Assembly: GCA_963719085.1 (NCBI GenBank)
Contig: CAVRAL010000001.1
Location: 1,024,001-1,088,000, forward strand
Direction of reading: 5' to 3'
DNA length: 64,000 nucleotides
From: a candidate division FCPU426 bacterium
GTDB taxonomy: Bacteria > Oederibacteriota > Muellerivitia > Muellerivitales > Muellerivitaceae
How positions within the stretch are numbered: the first letter of the stretch is position 1; every line of letters starts with the position of its first letter. The position numbers were made by a program, and so were the translations under genes. This document shows positions 38,156 through 48,429 of this stretch, piece by piece. The notes below the pieces were generated by a model. The model worked only from the letters and a program-made list of their open reading frames with translations. It made no database searches and had not been told where the DNA came from.

Positions 38156-38959
38156 ATGAACGACAAAAGAATTCTGATCGCCTTGGGCGCGGGACTATTC
38201 GCCGGCCTACTCGCCTTTTGGCTGATGGCGGAAAAAATAAAGGTTTATGAGAGACAATCCACTCCCACGGATGTCTTAGTCGCCACGACCTTTATCCCCG
38301 CCGAATCGCCTCTTCGGCCCAACCAAATCGAAAAACGAAAAATTCCGGCCGAGTTCATCGACCCCAGCGCCATTCAAGATCCAAAAGAGGTCGAAGGGCT
38401 CATTACCTTGGTGCCCATTTCAGCCGGCGAACAAATCCTCTCAAACAAATTCGGGCTTCCGGGAAACGGCTTGGCCCTGACGCTGCCGCAGGGACTGCGA
38501 GCTTTCACTCTTGAGGTCAATGAAATGACGGGCGTCGGCGGTTTACTCAATCCCGGAGACCGGGTCGATATCCTTTCGCACCTTGAGACCAATCAAAAGC
38601 AAATTACGGCGACGGTTCTTCAGAATGTCTTGGTTTTGGCCACGGGAATTAAAACCAGTAATTTCTCGTCCGATCATCCGTCTTCCAACGCCGCCCCGGC
38701 AAACCCCGGGGAAAATTCCCAGAATTCTTACGATACGGTCACTGTGGCCGTCACACCCGAGCAGGCGGAAATGCTCGCCTTTTTGGACGAGCGTCATCCG
38801 CTGCGCTTTGTCCTGCGTTCCCCCGGCGATGAGGAGATTTTACCGTTGGCGCCTCAAAGCGATTTGGAAATGATCAATAAAATCGGGACTTTTTCGAAAC
38901 CTCGCGAAAAAAGTTTGGAAGTCATTCGAGGAATCCAAAACACCGAGGAAGGACAATAA
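38156..38959 (+). CDS. cpaB: Flp pilus assembly protein CpaB/RcpC
   Basis: SAF domain; GVGGLLNPGDRVDIL; VTVAVTPEQAE. Confidence 0.92.
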   Translation: MNDKRILIALGAGLFAGLLAFWLMAEKIKVYERQSTPTDVLVATTFIPAESPLRPNQIEKRKIPAEFIDPSAIQDPKEVEGLITLVPISAGEQILSNKFGLPGNGLALTLPQGLRAFTLEVNEMTGVGGLLNPGDRVDILSHLETNQKQITATVLQNVLVLATGIKTSNFSSDHPSSNAAPANPGENSQNSYDTVTVAVTPEQAEMLAFLDERHPLRFVLRSPGDEEILPLAPQSDLEMINKIGTFSKPREKSLEVIRGIQNTEEGQ

Positions 38960-38960
38960 A

Positions 38961-39968
38961 ATGACAAAAAAATTATCGACTCTGATCCTGGCTTTTTTCA
39001 CCGGCCTTTCGCCGGTTTGGGCTGAATCCGACACATTCCACCTGACTATCGGGGACTCCAAACTCCTCCATCTTCAATCCACTGAAAAAATAGCGGTCGG
39101 CAATCCCGCCATTGCCGACATCACGACCGTCAGCAATGACGAAATCCTTATTTCGGCCAAATCCGTCGGCAGCACCTCCCTGACTTTCATTGCCGCCAAC
39201 GGAAATCAGACCAGCCAAACGATTATCGTAACCGCCCACAATTTAAAGAAAGCCATGATCGAAGTCGGGGCTGAGATTATGGAGATACAATCCCAAAGCG
39301 CTTTGGAAGCGGGATTGAGCTGGGGGTCCGTCTCACCGAGCGCCGTCACTGGTACCGCCAGTACGGTGGTTTCGAATAGCCTGGTCGTCGGCGAAAATTC
39401 ACCGCCGCCGCTTTTGTCTTTCGGCTCCTTGAATCGCCAAGCCATTACGGCTTCCCTTCAATTATTGATCAATCGAGGAAAAGCCAAGGTATTGGCCAAA
39501 CCCAAGCTTTTGGCGGTGAGCGGCGAGGAGGCGAGTTTTTTAGCGGGAGGGGAAGTTCCTTATATCGTTCAAAACAGCCTGGGAGCTTCCAGCGTTGACT
39601 TTAAACCCTACGGAGTCAAGCTCAACGTCAAGCCAACCTTGGACGCCGATGGGAATATTTTCGCCACCTTGCGCGCGGAGGTCAGCGGGATTGACTCCCA
39701 GAACGGCATCACCTTAAACAACGCGGTCATCCCCGCCCTTCGCACCCGCTGGGTCGAAACCAGTGTGTATATGCGAAGCGGAAGCACCTTGGTCATCGCC
39801 GGCTTGATTGAGGACGAGAGCCAAAAACTCACATCCGGCATCCCGATTTTAAGCGACATTCCCGTTCTGGGCGAGTTGTTCAAGTTCACGGACAACAGCC
39901 AAACTCAAACCGAGCTGGTTATTTTCGTAACGCCTTCTTTGGTGGGACAAAACGACGAGGCAGATTAA
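38961..39968 (+). CDS. cpaC: Tad secretin CpaC/RcpA (short form)
   Basis: IAVGNPAIAD, ASFLAGGEVP, GIPILSDIPVLGELF, ELVIFVTP. Confidence 0.92.
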   Translation: MTKKLSTLILAFFTGLSPVWAESDTFHLTIGDSKLLHLQSTEKIAVGNPAIADITTVSNDEILISAKSVGSTSLTFIAANGNQTSQTIIVTAHNLKKAMIEVGAEIMEIQSQSALEAGLSWGSVSPSAVTGTASTVVSNSLVVGENSPPPLLSFGSLNRQAITASLQLLINRGKAKVLAKPKLLAVSGEEASFLAGGEVPYIVQNSLGASSVDFKPYGVKLNVKPTLDADGNIFATLRAEVSGIDSQNGITLNNAVIPALRTRWVETSVYMRSGSTLVIAGLIEDESQKLTSGIPILSDIPVLGELFKFTDNSQTQTELVIFVTPSLVGQNDEAD

Positions 39969-39979
39969 ATTCAGTTTTT

Positions 39980-40444
39980 TTATTTTTCGGCCGCGGGCGC
40001 CGCGGACAAGCCTTCCACTTGATCCCCCGCCTTCACCCCGTTGTTCTTGTACCACCCGGTGTTCATTTCCAAGGCGTACTGGGCCTGACCCGTCGAATAA
40101 AAGGTATCCTCGGTCTCGGGCGGCATTTCCAAAATGTTCAATATGACACCCCGGCTATCCATATAAGCGATGCTCAAGGGCAGGAGGGTGTTTTTCATCC
40201 AAAAGGCCCTAATTTGGGCGTCCGGAAACACGAAAATCATTCCATGGTTCTTCTCCATCTCGCTTCGAAACATTAATCCCGTCATGCGGGTGGACTCTTT
40301 ATTCGCGACTTCCGCCTCAACCGCGTGGCCGTCAATGGTCAGGGTCACCACCGGCAAAACCGACTTTGCCTTGGGGTGACAAGCCGAGATTGAAACAGTC
40401 AACAACCCCAAAACAAAGATTGAAAATCGGATGGTTTTCTTCAT
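39980..40444 (-). CDS. DUF192-family lipoprotein
   Basis: GLMFR, GMIFVF, FWMKNTLLPLSI, ALEMNTG. Confidence 0.92.
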   Translation of the reverse strand: MKKTIRFSIFVLGLLTVSISACHPKAKSVLPVVTLTIDGHAVEAEVANKESTRMTGLMFRSEMEKNHGMIFVFPDAQIRAFWMKNTLLPLSIAYMDSRGVILNILEMPPETEDTFYSTGQAQYALEMNTGWYKNNGVKAGDQVEGLSAAPAAEK

Positions 40445-40554
40445 GATTTTTTCCGTTTCTCCGAAGTGAAAATGATCAAAAACCCTTATTTTTAAAAGGT
40501 TTTTCAAGATATATTAATTGACGGCTGAATTGCAATTGCTTTAAGATAAATGCC

Positions 40555-41628
40555 ATGAAAAAACAATTTTTGGCTTTCGTCTTTGTTCTTTCCGGCGCCC
40601 TTCTCGCTCCTTCCTTAGGAAAAGCGGCTCCCAGTGTCGAAGAAGCTTACCAATACGCCTACAGTCTTTATAGCGCCAATAATTTCGCCCAGGCCAAACA
40701 ATATTACCTCTATGTCGTCTTGAACGGCACCGATTCCGAGCAAAAAGCCAATTCCCTCTATCTACTTTGCCAATGTTACCTCCGTCTCGGGGATTACAAC
40801 AATTGCGTGAAAGCGGCCAATATGTTGGCCGGCGGATATCCCAAGTCCAATATCGTCAAAAATGGCAGTTTGACGAATTTTTCCACCAGCCTAATCAGCC
40901 AAGTCAGTAACTTTGACACCGATTGGGATTATTGGCGCTATCAAGATGGAACCGACGACAAGGACCAAATCGTTTGGAAAGAAAGCGTTCCTATCGGGAA
41001 AAAAATCAAGCAGATCGATTTCAAATTGGCTTTCGGCCTTTACCGGGCCTTGGCGAAGCTAAACCCCAACGCGGCGGAGACCCTGGACGCCAAGAAAAAA
41101 TTGGACGCCATGTTGTCCCGCCCCATGACCATTATTTGGGTCGATGAAAAAGCGGCGCCGAGCCGCAATGGGCATCCCGCGGACTTTTTCTCGCTTTTCA
41201 CTAAAAACGAGAAAAAAGATTTCTCGAAAGTAATCTGTGAACGAATGTTCTACGACTGGAAAAGCGACATGCTTTGGCGGTTCATGGACATGTACGACGA
41301 TGTCCGCAACTTAAAACCTCAATACACCGCGAAAACCTTCAATCTCGACAGCGATAATTCAGGGGATACCGGCGTGGCCGCCGCGGCCCCAACCGCCACT
41401 CCCAACCCTTCGGCCGCCTTGCCTCCTCCGCCGCCGCTTCCAGGCTTAGAAGCCTCGGCCGACACCACAAACTCGAAAACCCCGCCTCCACCGCCGGCGC
41501 CCTCCACGGCGCCCACCGATACGGACTTGACCCTCGGCCGGCTTTTCGCGGCCGCCGCCTACGATCCCTATTCCGACACCTTCAGCAACCCCGCCGAAAC
41601 TTCCGGGGCGACCGCCCCAAGCCTCTGA
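40555..41628 (+). CDS. Exported TPR protein with Pro-rich tail
   Basis: Signal peptide; BamD/YbgF-like TPR helices; poly-Pro linker. Confidence 0.7.
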   Translation: MKKQFLAFVFVLSGALLAPSLGKAAPSVEEAYQYAYSLYSANNFAQAKQYYLYVVLNGTDSEQKANSLYLLCQCYLRLGDYNNCVKAANMLAGGYPKSNIVKNGSLTNFSTSLISQVSNFDTDWDYWRYQDGTDDKDQIVWKESVPIGKKIKQIDFKLAFGLYRALAKLNPNAAETLDAKKKLDAMLSRPMTIIWVDEKAAPSRNGHPADFFSLFTKNEKKDFSKVICERMFYDWKSDMLWRFMDMYDDVRNLKPQYTAKTFNLDSDNSGDTGVAAAAPTATPNPSAALPPPPPLPGLEASADTTNSKTPPPPPAPSTAPTDTDLTLGRLFAAAAYDPYSDTFSNPAETSGATAPSL

Positions 41629-41633
41629 ACCTC

Positions 41634-42014
41634 ATGAACCGGGAGAATCGCCAAAAGGTCGGTCATTCCCTCCTTGTCGGCTTATGGCTCATCGTGTTTT
41701 TCAGCTTGCCCGCCCTTTCATTGGCCGATACTAGCGCCACTCCAACGACCGGCACGTTAACCGCTTCGCAGCCGACCACCCAACAATACGGCAGCACGAA
41801 GCTTTTGGAAATTCACAAACCCATGATTCCGACCGCCTGGGGACGGGTCATCCAATATAAAAAAGACATTAACTTCGTTTTAATCGGCCACAACCAAGAA
41901 ACACTTTATGAGTTTGTGCTCGAGACGAATGACGGGATCATCCGCACCGCGACTTATCATGAAACCTCAGACGGGGACGGCTATTGGGAAGTTTACGTCT
42001 GGGACCAGCTTTGA
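41634..42014 (+). CDS. Hypothetical exported protein
   Basis: Signal peptide, Thr-rich linker; stop overlaps the next start. Confidence 0.65.
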   Translation: MNRENRQKVGHSLLVGLWLIVFFSLPALSLADTSATPTTGTLTASQPTTQQYGSTKLLEIHKPMIPTAWGRVIQYKKDINFVLIGHNQETLYEFVLETNDGIIRTATYHETSDGDGYWEVYVWDQL

Positions 42015-44017
42015 GCAAAAAAGGGAAAATCATTTCGGTCATTGGGGCCCAACCCGCCACCGGCAATTCCACAATCGCCCTTATGCTCGGAAGATATCTC
42101 CTCTCACAAAAATCAGCGGCTTCCGTCTTTATTGACCCCGGTTCAACTCCGCCTTTGTTTTTCCCCTTTCAGCCGCCGACGGCTTCCGCCATCCGTTCTT
42201 TTCGCCAGCTCCTTCCTTACACCGATCAACTTGATCTCAAAACAATTGAAAATTTCTTCGCGTCCTCTCCTGAGGGCCTTCGATATGTCCCATTAACCGA
42301 ATCTCCGAATCCCAAACCAGACGGGAACGAAAGCCTTCGGTTGATAAAAACACTGCGGCCATTTTTCGACTATTTAATTGTGGATTGGGGATCCTCCTTG
42401 GGAGAAGCGCCCTTAGCGCTCCTCGAAATGAGCGATTTGATCCTTTTCACCTCGTCATTAGAAAACTCATCGGTAGCCGCCCTCCAGAAAGTCGAAAAAT
42501 CGCTGTTATCCCGCCACTTCCCTTTGCACACCTCAAAAGTCATCTTAAATCAAACCGCCGAAACCCAGCCTCACCTCAGCGATTTTACGAATTGGACAAG
42601 CGCCTTTTCATTCCTCGGAACGCTTCCTTTCCAGGGTGGAAACTTTAAAAAAACATTAGGCGGAAAAGAACCGGCGGCTTTTTTGAAAAATCAGGGCGCG
42701 GGCCCTCTTTTCAAAGCCGTCGAAACTTGCTTGGAATCAGGAATCCTTTTACCACTAGCGACCCCTACTTCTTCAGAGCATTTTGAACGGGTCCATCGAT
42801 TGCACCAAAAATTATTGGAAACGCTTCGAACTGGCGGGCATCTGGACTCATCCCCCAATGGCGGGATTCTAAAACGCGAGCTTTTGGAGCCCAAAGCCCG
42901 AGAAATTTTAGACCGACTTATTCAGGAATTCAAAATTCCAACCCGGGAACAAACCCAGACGCTCATGAACGAAACGATTGATCTTTGTTTCGGATTTGGT
43001 CCACTGGAACCGTTACTCCAAAGCGCCGAAATCACCGAAATAATGGTCAATGGCCCCGGCCACGTATTCGTCGAGAAGGAAGGCCGCCTGGAAAAGACGG
43101 ATATTCGCTTTATCAATGATCAACAATTATTGACAATCATTGAACGGATTTTGGCCCCCATTGGGCGCCGGATCGATGAAAGCCAGCCTTATGTGGATGG
43201 AAGACTCCCCGACGGGTCAAGAATCAACGCGGTCATCGCGCCATTAAGCCTCAGCGGACCCGTGTTAACCATCCGAAAGTTTTCCAAGCAAAAACTTCAA
43301 GCCGCCGACCTCGTCCGTTTCGGCTCCCTCACTCAAGAGGCCGCCGACTTTTTGAACGCTTGCGTGCGGGCCAGAAAAAACATTGTCGTTTCCGGGGGAA
43401 CCGGCTCCGGAAAAACCACCTTGCTCAATGTGCTTTCCACCTTTATCCCCGACGATGAAAGAATCGTGACCATCGAGGATTCCGCCGAACTTCAGCTGGC
43501 GCAAGCCCATGTGGTTCGACTCGAAGGCCGTCCCGCTAATCTCGAGGGAAAAGGGCAAGTCACTATCCGGGATTTGGTCATAAACGCTTTACGCATGCGC
43601 CCAGATCGGATCATTGTTGGCGAGGTTCGGGGAAGCGAGGCGCTCGACATGCTTCAAGCGATGAACACGGGGCACGACGGCTCTCTCACCACGGGCCACG
43701 CCAATTCGCCGCGAGACATGTTGGCTCGTTTGGAAACCATGTGCTTATTCACCGGATTAAGTCTTCCGCTTCGGGCCATCCGAGAACAAATCGCGCGGGC
43801 CGTGCACTTGGTCGTTCAGCAATCCAGGCTCCCCAACGGACGAAGAGCCGTCACCCGGATCACGGAAATCCAAGGCATGGAAGGCGATGTGATTCTTTTG
43901 CAGGACTTATTCGCGCGGGAAGACGGCGGGGGGTTGGTTCGAAAATCTTTTGCCCCTAAATTCATTCCCGATTTAGAGGCGCAAGGTTATCACTGGCCCG
44001 GACATACGGCCAAGTAG
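42011..44017 (+). CDS. cpaF: CpaE/TadZ(MinD-like)-CpaF/TadA ATPase fusion
   Basis: N-terminal [17 protein letters not shown]...FDYLIVD; C-terminal [39 protein letters not shown]. Confidence 0.9.
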   Translation: MSKKGKIISVIGAQPATGNSTIALMLGRYLLSQKSAASVFIDPGSTPPLFFPFQPPTASAIRSFRQLLPYTDQLDLKTIENFFASSPEGLRYVPLTESPNPKPDGNESLRLIKTLRPFFDYLIVDWGSSLGEAPLALLEMSDLILFTSSLENSSVAALQKVEKSLLSRHFPLHTSKVILNQTAETQPHLSDFTNWTSAFSFLGTLPFQGGNFKKTLGGKEPAAFLKNQGAGPLFKAVETCLESGILLPLATPTSSEHFERVHRLHQKLLETLRTGGHLDSSPNGGILKRELLEPKAREILDRLIQEFKIPTREQTQTLMNETIDLCFGFGPLEPLLQSAEITEIMVNGPGHVFVEKEGRLEKTDIRFINDQQLLTIIERILAPIGRRIDESQPYVDGRLPDGSRINAVIAPLSLSGPVLTIRKFSKQKLQAADLVRFGSLTQEAADFLNACVRARKNIVVSGGTGSGKTTLLNVLSTFIPDDERIVTIEDSAELQLAQAHVVRLEGRPANLEGKGQVTIRDLVINALRMRPDRIIVGEVRGSEALDMLQAMNTGHDGSLTTGHANSPRDMLARLETMCLFTGLSLPLRAIREQIARAVHLVVQQSRLPNGRRAVTRITEIQGMEGDVILLQDLFAREDGGGLVRKSFAPKFIPDLEAQGYHWPGHTAK

Positions 44018-44021
44018 CGCC

Positions 44022-44468
44022 CTATTTCTGCGGGGTCGACTGGATCTTCACTGAAAAGTTGGGCGAGGGGGCGTAAGACGTGTCCCCGACCGGCGTGATC
44101 TGGGCGATCTCGGCTTGGTACTTGGAGTAATCCGGACGCAAGGTCCTCACATCGGCGTCCATGGGGCCTTCGGGCGGGACCCAATCCCCCAAATAAGCCC
44201 GGCACAACCATTCTTTTTCCGCGGCCAAATCCACCCACTTGCTGTGGGGCGGCGTGTAGAATTCCTGCACTTCCTGGTAATCCCACATGGCTTCTTTGTA
44301 TTGTTTCTGTTGGTAAAGCGCCTCGCCCCGGTCGTAGGCGTTATGGGCCCGGCGAAGAAGCTCCAAATTGGCCATCCCATAGGCGATCGCGAGGGTCACC
44401 AGAATGGTCATTCCGGTTTTAAAACCTTCCCATTGGTAAAAAGGAATATCTTTTTTCGAGTCGGCCAA
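44022..44468 (-). CDS. Hypothetical membrane-anchored TPR-like protein
   Basis: TM followed by a TPR-like helix pair; GGAGG RBS. Confidence 0.7.
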   Translation of the reverse strand: MADSKKDIPFYQWEGFKTGMTILVTLAIAYGMANLELLRRAHNAYDRGEALYQQKQYKEAMWDYQEVQEFYTPPHSKWVDLAAEKEWLCRAYLGDWVPPEGPMDADVRTLRPDYSKYQAEIAQITPVGDTSYAPSPNFSVKIQSTPQK

Positions 44469-44481
44469 GACAGCCCTCCGC

Positions 44482-45495
44482 CTAAAATTGGTTTAAAAAC
44501 CGAACGTCATTCTGGTAGAACAACCGGATATCGTCCACATGATACTTGGAAATGGCGATCCGTTCCACGCCCATTCCAAAGGCGAAACCGGTCCATTTTT
44601 CCGAATCAATTTTGCAATTCTCCAAGACATTGGGATCGATCATGCCGCATCCCATAATCTCAATCCACCCGGCGTGTTTGCAAACCGAACATCCTTTGCC
44701 CTCGCAAAAAGCGCAGGAAATATCCACCTCGGCGCTGGGCTCGGTAAAGGGGAAAAAACTGGGCCGAAAACGGGTCTTAATTTTAGGACCAAAAAACTTT
44801 TTCACAAAGGCATCCAGGGTTCCCTTTAGATGGCCAAAGTTAACTCCCTCATCCAATAAGAATCCGTCCACCTGGTGAAAGATATGATGATGGGTCGCGT
44901 CGATGGCTTCTTTACGGTAGACCCGGCCCGGCATAACGACTTTAAAGGGCGGCTTGGCGTTTTCCATCACCCGGACTTGGACCGGGGTTGTATGGGTGCG
45001 CATCAGGACTTCTTCCGTCAGGTAAAAGGTGTCGTGGGAATCACGGGCCGGATGGTCGGTCGGAAAATTTAAAGCCAGGAAGTTATAATAGTCGGTCTCA
45101 ACATCCGGTCCCTCAACAATATCAAAGCCAAACCCTTGGAATATCCCGCAAATTTCTTTTTGCACCAAGGTGAGGGGATGGAGTTTGCCAATCGGTTGGA
45201 TACGTCCCGGCAGGGTGGAGTCCCATCCCGGTATGGCCTTTTGGGATTCCTGTTCCTCGAAAGCTTCTTTTTTTTGATCCAGGAGCACGGTAATTTTGTT
45301 TTTGGCCTCGTTCAAGGCCTTGCCCATCTGGGGCTTTTCTTCCGCGGGAACCTTACCGAGTTCCTTCAAAAGGTTGGTCAATTCCCCGCTTTTACCCAAA
45401 AACCGCACACGGCAATCCTCGACCTCTTTAAGGCTCCCGGATTGGGCGGCCGCCGCTTCAGCGGCTTTTAAGATTTCCTGGATACGATCAATCAC
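44482..45495 (-). CDS. pheS: Phenylalanyl-tRNA synthetase alpha subunit
   Basis: HPARDSHDTFY, FRPSFFPFTEPS, GFAFGMGVER. Confidence 0.98.
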   Translation of the reverse strand: MIDRIQEILKAAEAAAAQSGSLKEVEDCRVRFLGKSGELTNLLKELGKVPAEEKPQMGKALNEAKNKITVLLDQKKEAFEEQESQKAIPGWDSTLPGRIQPIGKLHPLTLVQKEICGIFQGFGFDIVEGPDVETDYYNFLALNFPTDHPARDSHDTFYLTEEVLMRTHTTPVQVRVMENAKPPFKVVMPGRVYRKEAIDATHHHIFHQVDGFLLDEGVNFGHLKGTLDAFVKKFFGPKIKTRFRPSFFPFTEPSAEVDISCAFCEGKGCSVCKHAGWIEIMGCGMIDPNVLENCKIDSEKWTGFAFGMGVERIAISKYHVDDIRLFYQNDVRFLNQF

Positions 45496-45552
45496 GACTC
45501 CACCTTGTTGATGATATTTTCACATCTCGCGTCCGCATTCCTCATCTAAAAC

Positions 45553-46119
45553 TCAATGGGATACAACGGGAGCAGATCCCAAAACAGTCGGATCTTCCAA
45601 AAGCTCCTTGAAAAACGCCTGGTTTGGCGCAGTAAAAGCCAGCTCAACATAACCATTCACGGCAACTATTTTAACCAAAACCTGTTTTCCGTTGATGATT
45701 TGTTGGAGCTGATCCAAAGTCAAGTCATAGTAAATTCCTGAAGTATTGGCGTTTCGGGCGAATTGGAGCAATTGCCCATCGACATTAATGATTAATGAAT
45801 AGCCATCTGCAACTTTAAACGGCTGATAATGCACAAGACGCATTTCGTATGTTCGAGCTCCGGTTTTGGAAACAGTTTCTTTCAATCCAAGATTAAAAAC
45901 ACAATTATAAATTGCTGGTATCGCTCCACCATTCGTCCAAGCCGTATCACATGGCGTGCATTTTTGGCCGTCCCAGTTGCTCAGACCATTTGTATCTGCT
46001 TCATAGGTGGTAGTCATTTCAACGGAATCTGGAACAACGTTTAATTCGTAATCGGTTATTTTAGTGGTCGCACAACCACAAAAGAAAACACAAAATATCA
46101 ATAAAAGAACAATTGGCAC
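45553..46119 (-). CDS. AT-rich hypothetical lipoprotein
   Basis: FCGC lipobox; AGGAGG RBS. Confidence 0.7.
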   Translation of the reverse strand: MPIVLLLIFCVFFCGCATTKITDYELNVVPDSVEMTTTYEADTNGLSNWDGQKCTPCDTAWTNGGAIPAIYNCVFNLGLKETVSKTGARTYEMRLVHYQPFKVADGYSLIINVDGQLLQFARNANTSGIYYDLTLDQLQQIINGKQVLVKIVAVNGYVELAFTAPNQAFFKELLEDPTVLGSAPVVSH

Positions 46120-46150
46120 ATAAGCCTCCTAAAACCGGATATCGACGACA

Positions 46151-46951
46151 CTATCCTTTTGGACGATTCGCCACCCAGAAAAGGGCCAAACTTCCCGCCA
46201 CTCCCGCGTTTAAAGATTCCGTCTTGCCCGCCATCGGAATCCCGACCCGCGCGTCACAGGCCGCCATCAATTCTTCCGACAGTCCCGCGCCTTCAGACCC
46301 CACCCAAAGGGCCACCTTGGCGGGCAAAGGAATTTCAAGCAAGGACGCTCCAGGATGGCTCGTCAGCGCTAGCGAATAAAACCCGTTGGCCTTCAGCCAC
46401 TCGATATGGGCGGTCCAAGGCATCTTGTCTTGAAATGGCAGACGGAAAAGGGCGCCCATGGTGGATCGAATCACTTTGGGATTGAAAACGTCGCAAGAAC
46501 CTTCGGTCAATAAAACCCCGCCGGCGCCGAAGGCCTCCGCGGAACGAAAAAGAGTCCCCAAATTTCCGGCGTCTTGAATCTGGTCCGCGCATAAAAGAAT
46601 CGCGGCGTCTTCTTTCGGCCATTGGCTTACGGGCTTTTGAACGACCGCCAACAAACCCTGCGGAGTCGTTGTATCGGAAACATATTGGATGATCTTGGGA
46701 TGGACCGGAACCCAACGGGCTTTTTGCTTGCGGCACTCAACTTGAAGCTTTTTTCCCAACTCGGTCTTTTCAGCGTCCGGGGTGGCGAAAACGTAGCGGA
46801 CATTCAAATTGCTGGCGAAGGCCTCTTCCACCAAATGAAAACCCTCGCAAAGAAAATCAAACGACTCTTTGATTTGCTTGGGTTTCTTTAAGGAATAGGC
46901 GTGCTTGACCATGGAGTTTTGCACGCTTTGAATGAGGGAAGATTCGCTCAT
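46151..46951 (-). CDS. TrmH/SpoU RNA methyltransferase
   Basis: IQDAGNLGTLFRSA, GSEGAG, ESLNAG. Confidence 0.95.
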   Translation of the reverse strand: MSESSLIQSVQNSMVKHAYSLKKPKQIKESFDFLCEGFHLVEEAFASNLNVRYVFATPDAEKTELGKKLQVECRKQKARWVPVHPKIIQYVSDTTTPQGLLAVVQKPVSQWPKEDAAILLCADQIQDAGNLGTLFRSAEAFGAGGVLLTEGSCDVFNPKVIRSTMGALFRLPFQDKMPWTAHIEWLKANGFYSLALTSHPGASLLEIPLPAKVALWVGSEGAGLSEELMAACDARVGIPMAGKTESLNAGVAGSLALFWVANRPKG

Positions 46952-46973
46952 GGATTAATCCCTGCCTCCGGGC

Positions 46974-47014
46974 AAAAAAACACCCCTTATCGTCTTGAAA
47001 GAGGATAAGGGGTG
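46974..47014 (-). terminator. Intrinsic terminator after rplT
   Basis: CACCCCTTATC/GATAAGGGGTG followed by T7. Confidence 0.85.
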
Positions 47015-47030
47015 AAAAAAACGAGAAAGC

Positions 47031-47390
47031 TTAGGACTTTTTCGAACTCTTGGCCACTTGGACCAATTGCTCAAAAGCCTTGGTATCCGTCACGGCCAGG
47101 TCGGACAGGATCTTGCGGTCCAATTCCACCGAAGCCGTCTTCAACCCGTTCATGAACTGGCTGTAAGACATGCCGTGCTCGCGGACCGCCGCGTTGATGC
47201 GGGTGATCCACAACCGGCGGAACTCGCGCTTGCGGGCCTTGCGGTCCCTGAAAGCGTAATTCCCGGAACGCTTCGACGCTTCCCGCACCGTGCGGTACTG
47301 GCGGCTCTTGGCTCCGAAATAGCCCTTGGTCAGTTTAAAAAACTTCTTCTTCCGTTTTCTCTTCGCGACCGCTCTTTTAATACGTGCCAT
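47031..47390 (-). CDS. rplT: 50S ribosomal protein L20
   Basis: MARIKR...[11 protein letters not shown]. Confidence 0.98.
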   Translation of the reverse strand: MARIKRAVAKRKRKKKFFKLTKGYFGAKSRQYRTVREASKRSGNYAFRDRKARKREFRRLWITRINAAVREHGMSYSQFMNGLKTASVELDRKILSDLAVTDTKAFEQLVQVAKSSKKS

Positions 47391-47405
47391 GTTCTGTTCT
47401 CGCTC

Positions 47406-47606
47406 CTATATTCCCAGCATTCTTTTAACCGCCAGCTCCTGCGTTTTCTTCAAAAGAGGCTGGTCTTTCAAATGACGTTTCCGCTTGGGGGATTTGCTCC
47501 CCATCAAATGACTGCGGCCGGATTGCTTCTTGACCTTGATCTTCCCGGTGCCGGTCACTTTAAAGCGCTTCGCGACGCTTTTTTTACTCTTGAACTTTTT
47601 GGCCAT
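47406..47606 (-). CDS. rpmI: 50S ribosomal protein L35
   Basis: KSKKSVAKRFKVTGTGK. Confidence 0.95.
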   Translation of the reverse strand: MAKKFKSKKSVAKRFKVTGTGKIKVKKQSGRSHLMGSKSPKRKRHLKDQPLLKKTQELAVKRMLGI

Positions 47607-48171
47607 TTTCGGCGTCCTTTTCCTTTGCAGGTGTAGTTTCCTTCCCAGCGGGCCGATTCGGCTTCGGGGAAAAGACTGCGACAATCTGGTTGCCTTCATC
47701 CTTGGGCGGCGCTTCCAAATCGGAGAACTCGCTCATGTCGGCGACGATCCGGTTCATCAGCTGCTTGCCCAAATCCTTGTGGCTCAACTCACGGCCGCGG
47801 AACATCAAGGTGCATTTCACCTTGTCCCCGTGCTCAAAAAAGCTCCAAGCCATCCGCAGCTTGGTCTGATAGTCATGCTCGTCAATCTTCGGGCGCATCT
47901 TGAGTTCTTTAACCTTGATGACCCGCTGTTTTTTAGAGGCTTCTTTTTCCTTCTTGCGCTGGGCGTACTTAAACTTTCCGTAATTCAGGATGCGGCAAAC
48001 CGGCGGCACGCCCTCCGGGGCGACTTCCACGAGATCCAAGTTCCGTTCTTCGGCCATAGCGAGCGCCTTGCTCAGTTCAACGATGCCTAATTGTTCTCCA
48101 GCGTCCCCCACCAACCGGATTTGACGCGCCCGGATTTGATGGTTGATCCTTAATTCTTTTGAGGGCGAAAT
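47584..48171 (-). CDS. infC: Translation initiation factor IF-3 (ATT start)
   Basis: In-frame ATT 8 nt after GGAGGT gives SPSKELRINHQIRARQIRLV; DLVEVAP, FRGRE. Confidence 0.95.
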   Translation of the reverse strand: MSPSKELRINHQIRARQIRLVGDAGEQLGIVELSKALAMAEERNLDLVEVAPEGVPPVCRILNYGKFKYAQRKKEKEASKKQRVIKVKELKMRPKIDEHDYQTKLRMAWSFFEHGDKVKCTLMFRGRELSHKDLGKQLMNRIVADMSEFSDLEAPPKDEGNQIVAVFSPKPNRPAGKETTPAKEKDAENGQKVQE

Positions 48172-48201
48172 AAGTGCTTACCTCCGAATAAGATTGGGTC
48201 C

Positions 48202-48323
48202 AAAAAAAAAGGACGAACCCGTGGGTCCGCCCAAAAAAGTAGGTCGCCATTAACAGCCCAATGGAAAAACCGTAACCCGTTCGCGCCCGAAGGGCTTAGG
48301 GTGAGGGGCGGACGCCCCTGCTT
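48202..48323 (-). ncRNA. L20 ribosomal-protein leader with terminator
   Basis: AAGCAGGGGCGTCCGCCCCTCACCCT...CGGGT; terminator GGGCGGACCC-AC-GGGTTCGTCC-T9 whose 5' arm is complementary to GTCCGCCC. Confidence 0.8.
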
Positions 48324-48332
48324 GAGCTGATA

Positions 48333-48361
48333 ATGTTAATCGTAATGGGATTGGTTGTCAA
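48333..48361 (-). promoter_or_regulatory. Sigma70-type promoter of the infC operon
   Basis: TTGACA-17 nt-TAACAT. Confidence 0.7.
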
Positions 48362-48429
48362 AGCCTATTTGGACGCCAAAACGCCGATGAAACGGGGTCG
48401 ATACTGTCGCCCTGGCTTCAGCCCAATCT

